Positions 45,079 to 54,584 of a stretch of DNA of 54,584 nt are shown piece by piece. Source of the DNA: Chrysochromulina tobinii (taxonomy: Eukaryota); NCBI GenBank assembly GCA_001275005.1, contig JWZX01003288.1, forward strand, positions 1 through 54,584, given 5' to 3'. Both the position numbers and the translations under genes were made by a program. The notes beneath the pieces were generated by a model. It was not told the DNA's origin, did no database searches, and saw only the letters and a program-made list of their open reading frames with translations. Within the stretch, counting starts at the first letter, position 1, and each line of letters starts with the position of its first letter.

Positions 45079-45657
45079 TGGGCGGAATAGGCACGCGTGC
45101 GCAGCATCGGTGCCTGGCGGCCTGATCTGCTGGGTGCAGCGGCTTTCGCTAGCTAATTTGAGATGGAGGCGGCCGAAGGTCCTTCCATGGCGAACTGCAA
45201 CTTCGCGCCCTCTTCTTCACTCATTGTGCGCCTCTTGTGCACCAGAGCGCCCCGCGCGTAGCGTTGCAGGGAGGTTCAACACAAGTACCTTGGAACCCAC
45301 GGATAAACACGAAAGCGGAGCGCGTGAGCCGGTGCGCCGTGATGTGTGAACCATTGGAACGTTAACAGCTTAACACGACAAACGCGACAACCGGTGCTAC
45401 GTTGTGTGTATAAACGCTCATGCGCATACACGTGGGCGTTCACTCATCTGTGATCTGAAGTCAAGGTGTTACGGTAAGGGGCCTTCAGCTAGGTCCTACC
45501 GCTTGCCTCTTGCCCGCAGGAACCCCCGCAGGCGGGGCACGACGGCACGTGTGTAATAAACGATATATCGACATTCGCCAGATGTTCCGTTCGTGCACGA
45601 TATGCAGTTATCTGGAGTGCGCACTGCGCACTCCAGATCGTGTATCGTGGGACATTT

Positions 45658-48600
45658 TCAAGGCGGAAGGACGTCCCACACGTGCTCGCAACGGCGCGCG
45701 GCCGCAGCGCGCGCGCTCGCGTCGACCTTTTTGCCGAGGGCTCCAAAGGCGGCGGCGTGGTCGCGCAGGTTGCTCGCGGCGAGTGCGAGCTGCGAAAAGG
45801 AGCTCGCACCTCCCACGTAGGCGCGCCACTGCTGCCGCGCCTCCAGAGACGGCCACAACCGCATCTCGTCTTGCGGCGGAGGTGGGGGTGGCGGTGGCGG
45901 TGGCGGTGGCTCGGCCTCCGCCTTGGCCTTGCCGCCCTTGCCGCCCTTGCCTTTCGCCTTGGGGGGCGGCTCCTCTGACACTGGCTCGGGCTTGCTGCTC
46001 CCATCGCCCTCGTCCTCCTGGCCAGCAGTGCACGTTTGCTCATGCGCGATCACCACCTCGTATGATGAGCTCTCGAAATCGCAACGGTCGCATTGAAAGA
46101 TCTCTTCGCCGTCGTTGCCTTCGCTCTCGTCGGCGACGCGCGACAGATCCTCCGCCGCCTGCATCTGGCGCAACCTCGCCTCGAGCTCGAGCAGCAGCGC
46201 GCCGCAGCTAACAACCGCGCCCTTCCCCCTCCGAGGTCGCCTGAACGCTCAACAGCCGCCCGCCAGCTCGCAGCGCTTGCTGTCTTTTCGGCGCTGCCGC
46301 CCTCCCCGCCCTCGCTCTTGACCTCGCCCTTGGCGCTCGCCCACGCCACCTGTGCCGCCTCCATGGCCTTGGCCGCCTCCTCCTGGAGCGTGAGCAGCTC
46401 GGTGCGCACGGCAGCGGGTCCGAGCAGGTTGCGCTGCACGCGCTGCTTGGGTTTCAGGGCTTCGTTGACGTACGCGTCACAGAGCAGGCCGCTCAGCTGC
46501 ATGAGCCCGTCAGCGGGGCGCTCGCGCCACCGTTCCAGCGCAGGCTGCAATTCATGCTCCTCTAAGTCCTCCTCGTCACCGTCGTCGTGCTCAATGTGCC
46601 AGAGCGCCTGGTCCGCCCCGTCGGGAGGCAGGTAGGCAGTGACGCTCCCTTCGCTCTCGCCATTGTTTGGGAAGACGAGGCGCACGCGCTGGCCAACGTG
46701 GGGGCCGTGGCGCACCCAGCCGTCGGCCTCGCGCACTCGCGGCGGCGGCGGCTCGGCCGCCAGCTCGAGCTGGAGCACCGCCATCTCCGCCTCGAGATTG
46801 CGCTTGAGAGCGAGCTCTCTCACCCCGCGCTCGTCCAGCGACGCCGCGAGCTGAAGGACCTCGGCGCGCGACCGGTAGCACCTCCAGCGCGAGGGCGTAG
46901 TTGAAGGCGCGGCGCGCCGCCTTAAGGCCTCGGCCGCTGCCTCGGCCGCCTCGGCCTCGGCCGCCTCGGCCGCCGCCTTGGCCGCCGCATCCTTCTTCGA
47001 CAGCTTGCGCGGCTTGGCGAGCGCCGCCGTCACCGCCGCAGTCCGCGCGCGGCCGCGCTTGCCGCCAGAGGCGCCGCCGGACGCCTCCTCAATGGCTGAC
47101 ACTCCGGTGCAGCCATTGGCCATGGGCGGCGCATATGGCGGCATGGCTACTTGGAGCTGCATGCCAGGGCGCATGCCCGGGGGGACGATGACGCGTACGC
47201 GACGACCGTCGTGGGCGAGGACCTCGAGAGGCATGCCCGGGGTGAAGCTCTCCGGGATTGTGATCCCGAAGTGAAGGGGCGGCGCCTCTGCCAGCACGGG
47301 CAGTACGGGCGGCACGGGCGGACGCGCGGGCATCGGGACCTGCATTTGGAACGTCTGGCCCGGGTAGAGGCCCTGAGGGATCTGCACTTGCATGAGCCCC
47401 GCCGGTGTCTGCACTTCAAGCACCATGCCGCCCATCATGCCCTGCGGTACCTGCACTGATATCAGCATCGGCTGCGACTGCGCCATCACTGGCTGCGCCA
47501 TCTGCATATTAGGGTCGTGCATCATGCCTCCGCGTTGTTGACGATGCTTGCCGCCAGAGGCGCCGCCGGACGCCTTCTCAACCCCCTTGCCGGCAGCTGC
47601 CGCCTCGTCGTCAGCTGTGGCCTCGGCCTCCGCGGCCTCGGCCACCTTCCGTTGCGCGCCGGGCGGAGGCGGCGCAGCGGGGGGTGCGCGCCACTCGACA
47701 AAGATTTCCGACTGGCCCACTGAGCCACTCGGAAAGCGCCAGTAGCGTCGGCCATGCCGGTCAGTTCCGAGCGGCTCACGGCGCACCGCATAGGCCTGGG
47801 CCTGCGCACGGCGCGCTCGCTGCACCTCCACCTGCTGCTCACGCGACTCGAGAAGCGTCACGAGCTTGAGCGCCTCGCTGAGCACCTCGAAGCGCCAGGG
47901 CCGGCCGTCCTTGTGAATGCCCTCCATCCGAGCTTGCGACGCCAGCTTGAGCGCCTCCTGCAGCTGAGGCAGCTCCTCAGCGGCGATCGCCTCGCGGAGC
48001 TTGGCGCTCGCTCTCTCGCGCTTATTGTGAAGCGCCACCGCCTTCGCGTAATTGTCGGCAAGCTCCTTGGCTTTGACGCGATCGGACGCGTGTCCCTTGA
48101 CGCCGCCGCCCCCACCGCCGCCGCCGTCGCCGCCGCTTGCGCTCGCCGCGGCCGCAACGGCCGCGCTATCGTCCGGTGGTTCGAGCTCCTCATGCGGAGG
48201 CGGGAGCATAACGTCGTCGGAGCCAGCACAGCCGCTGCCCTCGTCAGCTTTGGCCCCCTCCGCACTGCCGTCGGCAGCCTCCGCGCTGGCGCCGCCCTTC
48301 TCCCCTCCCTTCGAGGGCCGCTTGCGCTTCTTGCCCGCCTTGGCACCGGCCCCCGCCTCCTCGGCGCCGCCCTCGCCCTCGCCGCCCTCGGCCGCGGCCG
48401 CGGCCGCGGCCCTGGCCCTTCTCCTCCTCCTTCTGGGCACGAGCCGCCGCGCGGCGCTCATTCTCCTTCTCACGCTCCTCCTTCTCCTTCTCACGCTGGG
48501 CGCCGAGGGCCTCCGAGTGGCGCTCCAGATGCTCGCTCAGCACGGCGCGCATCGCGTCCGAGGCCGAGGCCGCCTCGATGAGCGCAAGGAGCACCACGAG

Positions 48601-50585
48601 CTTCTGCTCGAGCGGCAGCCGCCACAATTCGGTGACTCGCAGAGCCTCGAGCGCGCGCATCACCGTCGTGTCGTCGTTGCCCTCGGCCTGCCGCACGAGC
48701 ACCCAGCGGGCCACCTCCACCCATGAGGCCTCCGTGAGCACTCCGCGCGTGGGTGCGCCGCGGCAAGGCAGGCCCGCCGCCGTGAGCTCCGCCCCAGCCT
48801 GCCTCGCCAGTCCCGCCGGCACGCGTGCCTTGGCGCATTCGTCCGGCGAGGGCGGATCTTCGGGCAGACAGAAGCGCAGCAGCGCGAGGGCCATCTCGGA
48901 CAGCAGCACGGACGGCCCCCGGTGGAGCAGTGCGAGCCGCAGCTCCTCGAGGCTGAAGCGCGTCAGCCCGAGAGGGTCGGCATACGTGGACACGAAGTCG
49001 AAGGCTGCGAGTAGGCTGCCCACGCACGGCTGGGCCTCCGGCGGCAGGTTGATCGCATAGCGCGGCTCGGGCCATTCCGCGAGCGGCGGCTCGTGCGGGG
49101 GCTCATTTGCAAGCAGCTCGTCGGCGATGGGATAGCGCAGCTTGCGCAGCGCCTCCGCCTCTTTCGCTTCGCGCTGCTTATCGCGTACAGTCTGCTTCTC
49201 GAGGCGCGCCGCCACGGCAAGGTCGTCCGCCGCCAGGCGCTCGAAGAGGGCCAGAAACGCCGCCGGCTGCTTGGCGCCGAAGGCTTCGATCTGCTCACGA
49301 AGCTTGCCGTGGCCCCCTTCGCCGCTCGAGGCGAGCCGCTTGGCGGCCGCCTGCGCCTCCTTGAGAACCGCCTCCTTCTCCTTACGCGCGCGCTCCTCGA
49401 ATGGTTCCTTCTGCTCGAGTGCGAGAGCTTTCCACCGTTTGCCCAGCTCGACCACCACGGCCGCCTGCAGATCCTTTTTGAACGCCGCCTCCCCCTCGTC
49501 CACCTTCTTAGGTTTCCCATCCGGCCTGAGGCCCACGGCCTCCTGGTACGTGGCGAGCACTCTCTCGCGCGCCGCGGCACTCGCCGCAGGACGCTCCTCC
49601 TCGGCGAAGATCTGATAGGAAGTGCGTGCCTAGGAGCGGCCAGGAAGGGGCGGAGGTCGGACGGGGGGCGGGCGGGGCGGGGGATGCAAGGACGAATGCA
49701 CGGAGGGGAAGGGGAGAAGGGAGGGAGAAGGGAGAGTGGCACCTTGATCAACTTCAGAGTCTCTGCCCTCGGGCGAGATACCTTCGGCTCACCCTCCTTT
49801 TTGGTCGCGCTGCCGCCCGAGCTCGTTCCTGCGGCTTCCGCATGATCAACGCTCCCTGCCTTGTCCGACGACGCGCCCTTGCCCACAGACGCCTTGCCCG
49901 CAGACGCCTTACCCGCAGACCCCTTGGTTGACTCGGGCGCCTTGAGAGCCATCTTCGGACTGCTGCCGTCGCCGCCCTTGCCGCCCTTGCTGCCATGGCC
50001 GCCGGACGCGCCCTCTGCCTTCTTGGCACCGATCCCCTTTGGCCTTGACGCGCTGGATGCGCCCGCCGCACCTCCCGAGCCCGGTACGTCGCTGCTCTGG
50101 CCGGCACCTAGGGGCGACTCTCCGGAGCGCGACACGCCTGACAATAAGAGGGCGATGCGCCGATGAGCAGCCGCGTCGGGTGAGGCACACGAGCCATCAG
50201 CGCCCACCGCATCCGCCCGCGCTTCTTTGGCGAGCCCGCTCGCCGCGTCCGGCATGTCGGGAGCCGCTCGTTTCGATCCTGCTGCAGGGACCGGCAGGTC
50301 CCTGGCGCTCATCTGACCCACGGTGGCTTGGAATGCAGACGTTGCCGGTGCGACGAAGGGCTGTGCACTCTTGGTCACATCCGTGAGAGCGGTGGGCGGC
50401 GCTGTTTCTGAAAGCGATGCCGATGGCGCACTGCTGCTGCAAGCTGCCTCAGTAGTAACCACATCAGAAGTGGCTGGCATCAACGTGTTGGGTGGGTCCT
50501 GATGAAGGCCCAGAGGTGGTGCATCGATCGCGTGCGCCGCAGTTGACGGGGACACGTCGGAGTACTCTGTGCTGGCCTCCGCCAT
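45658..50585 (-). CDS. HMG-box/DDT/WHIM/WSD chromatin protein (ACF1/BAZ-like), ~1,600 aa. Intron 49742-49630; apparent frameshifts at 48416-48418 and 46225-46232
   Basis: Splicing gives the HMG-like K|ARTSYQIF...ELGKRWKAL...KEPFE. Also YPIADE, DDT-like VGSLLAAFDFVSTYADPLGL, WHIM1-like WRLPLEQKLVVLLALI, WSD halves EPLGTDRHGRRYW and WRCY...SLDERGVRELALK, a Tudor-like WHIEHDDGDEEDL and a CxxC...HxxxC finger. Confidence 0.82.
47057..47581 (-). repeat. 36-bp direct repeats flanking a 453-bp in-frame insert
   Basis: gcttgccgccagaggcgccgccggacgcct[c/t]ctcaa at 47057-47092 and 47546-47581. The offset is 489 bp, or 163 codons. Confidence 0.9.
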
Positions 50586-51144
50586 TCACACGTCGGCGAA
50601 AGCGGCGAAGCGTTGTTCCACGTCGCCCTCTAAAGCGCGCGACGGTCACGTCCCGGAGCCGCGGCACCGCTGACCTCCGATGTCGCTCCTGCGAAAAGAT
50701 CATTACAACGCGAACGCAGCGTGTGGACCCTCATGGAACTATGCAATCAGAGTGGTTGGAAGGTGCAAGAAACGTAGATGCGCCGCCGGCGCGCCCCATG
50801 GCCGCAAGTCGTTCCCGCAGGGGCCAGGTCGCCACGCACCAGCAGTCCTGAGTCCAGCCGCGCGCGCCTGTCCCGCCCTCGGCGACCGAGAGGACCGTCC
50901 CGCCGGGTCGTTGGCTTGACAACGTTTCAACTTGGAATAACATTATGTGGTTGTTGAAACGTCTACGCTAGTAGACCGGACACACACTCGATAGTATACG
51001 ATCGACGACGTAGGCCCATACTAGGCCGGATACCAACTCGCACGGCTGGCAAGGTGGCAACGTCCTCTCAAGCACAAGGACTAAGGTGGCAACTCTCACG
51101 CACAAAGATTCGCACACACATGAGGAGAACCTGCTGTGAAACCT

Positions 51145-51915
51145 TTAATCGTCGTCGCCGAGCATCTCGTTGAGAGCACCCGAGTGCGCCTGAAAGGCGG
51201 GGGGATGGGCGGCGCGCGCCGAGTGAGCGGCAGCGGCGACAGGCTGGGCGGGCGGTGAACAGAGAATGGTCCGACTGGTGCCGTCGGCGCACCTTCTTCT
51301 TCATGAGGCGGTAGAAGTCGTCAAAGCTCACGCCCTTCCCGGGCTTGCCCGACTTGTTGCCATGCTCAAGCATCGACGCGATCTCCTCGTCGGTCATCGA
51401 CTCGCCCAGCTCCTGCAGACATTGGCAGAGGGAGGAGCGCAGGTCGTGAGATAAAGAGCTCGAGTCCCAATGGGTCGGAGCGGGCAGAGGAGCGCGCGCG
51501 AGGGAGGCACGCGAGGGAGCGGGAACGGAGTGGCGCGACAGGACAGTGCGGGCGGGCGCGGGGAACGCACCCTCGCGACGCGCTTGAGCGAGGCGAACGT
51601 GATGGCGCCATCGCCGTCAACATCAAACATCTTGTAGACCTTCAAGATCTCGTCCTTGGAGTCGTTCTGCGCCATCTTGCCGGTCATCATCGTCAAGAAC
51701 TCGGGGAACTCGATCTCGCCTGACTGGTCAGCGTCCACCTCGAGGATCATCTTCTTGAGCTCATCCTTGTCGACCTTGATCTGCAGCGCCTTCATGCACG
51801 CGCGCAGCTCCTTATACGAGATGGCGCCCGACGAGTCGACGTCGAAGAGGTTGAAGGCCTCCTTGACCTCCTCAATCTGCTCGGGCGCAAGCTGCGGGGC
51901 GGATTTGGGCGGCAT
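51145..51915 (-). CDS. Centrin-like EF-hand protein, 169 aa. Exons 51915-51571, 51412-51293, 51189-51145
   Basis: EVKEAFNLFDVDSSGAISYKEL...LKRVAR|ELGESMTDEEI...MKKK|AHSGALNEMLGDDD*. Both introns are phase-0 GT-AG. Confidence 0.9.
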
Positions 51916-52144
51916 GGCTGTAGTCTCTGCTTGTTGAGCGTCGACTCCGGTTGACCTGCTGTGTCGGTCGGTCAACAGGTCTGTGGCTGTGTTTTTCCAA
52001 CGGCCAGGGAACTTCATTCGGCGAGTTTGCACGAAAACTCGCGCTGGCGAGTCGCTGACGTTGGTCGAAAGAGACATGTATCAGTGCGCCTCTGTTTGGT
52101 CGAAAGTTTCGGCGATTTCGGCGATTGAAGAGACCCCGGGAGTG

Positions 52145-52885
52145 ATGGGCATCATCCAGGAGACCGAGGAGAAACTCGCTGCACTCAAGCTCCGTTTACC
52201 GGAGCTGGAAGGCAAGGCCAACAAAAACGAGCGCACGAAGGTGAACAAGGATATCTACAATTTGGAGAATGCGGAGGCGTATCTTGCGGCTCTCAAGGAG
52301 CGATTGAATGAATCGCGTGCGGAGGCGGCAAAATCTGAGGATGCCGCGCATGAGGCCAAGCTGCGGCGCGAAGAGGAGGAAAGAAAGATGCGAGAGGCCG
52401 ATGCCGTCCGCCGCGCCGAGGAAAAGGCCAAGATCGGCCCGGCGCAGCCAGAAGATGATGGCGAGGTTCACATGGAGATCAGTATTCCAAAGCTCAAGAA
52501 GGCGTGCGACGAAACGGTGAAACCGGTTGTCGGTGACAAGGTGGGCATCACGTACGTGGGCAAATTCGCCGATGGCACTAAGCACGAAGGTATCGATTAC
52601 TCGGGCAAGGAGTTTGACAACAGCATGCGCAAGCAAGGCAAGGGTCCGGCCGTGCAGACGCCGCTTACATTCAAGCTTGGCGACGGCCGCGCCATTCGCG
52701 GCTGGGAGGAGGCGCTGAAGACGATGGCACTTGGCGAGGAAATTGAGGTCACAATTCGGCCGAAATGGGCCTATCGCAAGGGAGGGCTGCAAGACGACAA
52801 CGGAAAGTGGATCGTGCCGCCCAACGCGTCCCTCGTCTTCCAGATGCGGTTGGTGCAGGTGCGCGAGCAGACGGTACCACCGTGA
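52145..52885 (+). CDS. FKBP-type peptidyl-prolyl isomerase with N-terminal helical domain (FKBP25-like)
   Basis: GDKVGITYVGKF...FDNS...PLTFKLG...IRGWEEAL..M..GE...WAY...PPNASLVF. Confidence 0.88.
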   Translation: MGIIQETEEKLAALKLRLPELEGKANKNERTKVNKDIYNLENAEAYLAALKERLNESRAEAAKSEDAAHEAKLRREEEERKMREADAVRRAEEKAKIGPAQPEDDGEVHMEISIPKLKKACDETVKPVVGDKVGITYVGKFADGTKHEGIDYSGKEFDNSMRKQGKGPAVQTPLTFKLGDGRAIRGWEEALKTMALGEEIEVTIRPKWAYRKGGLQDDNGKWIVPPNASLVFQMRLVQVREQTVPP

Positions 52886-53443
52886 GCCTTGGTGGCGGCA
52901 GACGACCTAGTATGGAAGACCTAGAGTACGCCTCAAGCGACTGCCATGGCACCTGCACTAACTGCATAGTTTGCACTTGCCCTTTCTTGCGCCACACTAG
53001 GCTACCACACTTCCTACCACGCTTGGAGGCTCCGCTCCCGATTATCTGCATAACAACAGCTCGCCCGAGCGTCAGCAATGCCATTAGATAGCTGCTATGT
53101 TGCCGCTGAAGTACAGCGGTGATGTGGAGATTGCGCCAAGCCGGGGACATCTGGCGGGCATGCTGTTTTCACTTTATCCTTTGTGGTGGAGCAGTCTCTT
53201 GCAGGATTGATAGCTTAACAGCGATACATAAGAGGAATTGAAGAAACCCGAATTTTGCCGAGTACGCAGCAAGATAAGGGTCACAAGGGCCAAGTCGCTC
53301 GCAAGTTCGGCAGATACCGGTAGGTTGCGAGGCCGCTCGCTCTCGCATCGCACGCGCGCGCATCCTTTCTCAGGGCGGGGCGAAAGAGCTTCCCACGTCC
53401 AGAAAAGAGGGGATTTGCGCACAACCAGGCTCTCGGCGACAGC

Positions 53444-54439
53444 ATGGACTCGGACAATCGCCAGCCCCGTCAGGGGCCTCGCAACAAGACCCTCGACAAA
53501 GATGAGGCTCGCCGTAACCGTGAGGAGACAACCATAAGCCTTCGCAAGGAGAAGCGCGCGGAGCAGCTCGACAAGAAGCGCAACATGTCGGGCGCGACGG
53601 CGGTATCGTCACACACGTTGCCCAACGTTGGCTCACAGGCCTGGCTCGAGGCCAACCCCGCCCAGCTCGTCGAGGGTGTAAACTCTGATGACCCCAATCA
53701 CCAGCTGCCCGCTGTCACTCAGTTCCGCAAGTTGCTCAGCATCGAGCGCTCGCCGCCAATCGCGGAGGTGATCGCGGCGGGCGTGGTACCGCGCTTCGTG
53801 CAGTTCCTGCAGTGCGCCGACAATCCGATGCTCCAGTTCGAGGCGGCTTGGGCGCTCACGAACATTGCCTCGGGCACGTCGGAGCACACGCGCATGGTGA
53901 TTGCCAACGGCGCGGTGCCCATTTTCGTGCAGCTCCTCATGTCGCCGAACGACGACGTGCGCGAGCAGGCGGTTTGGGCGCTCGGCAACATCGCGGGCGA
54001 CTCGCCCGAGTGCCGCGATCTCGTCCTCGGTCACCACGTGTTGCCGCCCCTGCTCGAGCAGCTCAATCCACAATCCAAGATGTCGATGCTGCGCAACGCC
54101 ACCTGGACGCTCTCCAACATGTGCCGCGGTAAGCCGCAGCCGGCGTGGCACATGGTGGCGCCCGCCCTGCCCGTGCTCGCGCAGCTCGTCTTCTCCAACG
54201 ACGACGAGGTGCTCGCGGACGGCTGCTGGGCGCTCTCGTATCTTTCCGACGGCTCGAACGAGAAGATCCAGGCCGTGCTCGACACGGGCATCTGCGCGCG
54301 CATCGTCGAGCTCATGGGGCACCCACCCGCGTCGGTGCAGACGCCCGCGCTTCGCACCGCGGGCAACATCGTTACGGGCGACGATCACCAGACGCAGTGC
54401 GTCATCAACTGCGGCGCTCTCCCGCGTCTGCTCGCTTTG
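53444..54439 (+). CDS. KPNA: Importin subunit alpha, exon 1; the gene continues past the window (intron donor at 54440)
   Basis: IBB domain [26 protein letters not shown], then [64 protein letters not shown]. It is absent from the ORF track, probably because the frame has no stop before the window end. Confidence 0.96.
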
Positions 54440-54584
54440 GTACGCACTTACCCGTACGCCCTGGCTCTGCAGGGAAGTGGGGGGTGGGGACTTCTGCATG
54501 TTGACCCTCCCCCCCCCCTTTCCCGCGCGTGCGGCGCGCCAACATGCCCCTGCGTGCTCGGCCCAAACCGCCCCCCACCGGCGT

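Noticed and set aside
480..54499. Many long antisense or overlapping ORFs (e.g. 480-1667, 6105-7607, 40784-41995, 53633-54499)
   Set aside because: These are shadows of high-GC codon usage in real genes, with Arg/Ala-rich translations and no motifs.

Overview
High-GC, gene-dense eukaryotic DNA with short GT-AG introns and several head-to-head gene pairs. Gene content and style fit a haptophyte alga best; this is inference, not shown by the sequence. About 19 protein genes and one pseudogene can be reconstructed. In order: a 5'-truncated Ser/Pro-rich non-RD receptor-like kinase; a giant (~4,880 aa) intronless secreted protein of ~31 IPT/TIG repeats with 7 L-type-lectin-like domains nested inside them, split by two 1-nt frameshifts; a small membrane protein; a PRRC2/MOS1-like protein; RsmH/METTL15; an SLC35A nucleotide-sugar transporter with a Cys-rich N-terminal module; a TMTC-type O-mannosyltransferase; a MAPEG protein; a CAMK-like kinase; an ankyrin protein with a possible signal peptide; SmD1; selenoprotein T (in-frame UGA plus a type II SECIS, only partly in the ORF track); a GH30 hydrolase with an inserted ricin-B domain; a UvrD helicase; COMMD3; a PPT1 pseudogene; an SGNH protein; an HMG-DDT-WSD chromatin protein with an in-frame insert between 36-bp direct repeats; centrin; an FKBP; and importin-alpha (3'-truncated). 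Five apparent frameshifts in short G/C runs are most simply assembly errors but need checking. No rRNA, tRNA, CRISPR array or transposase was recognised. Family assignments rest on motifs read by eye; no searches were run.
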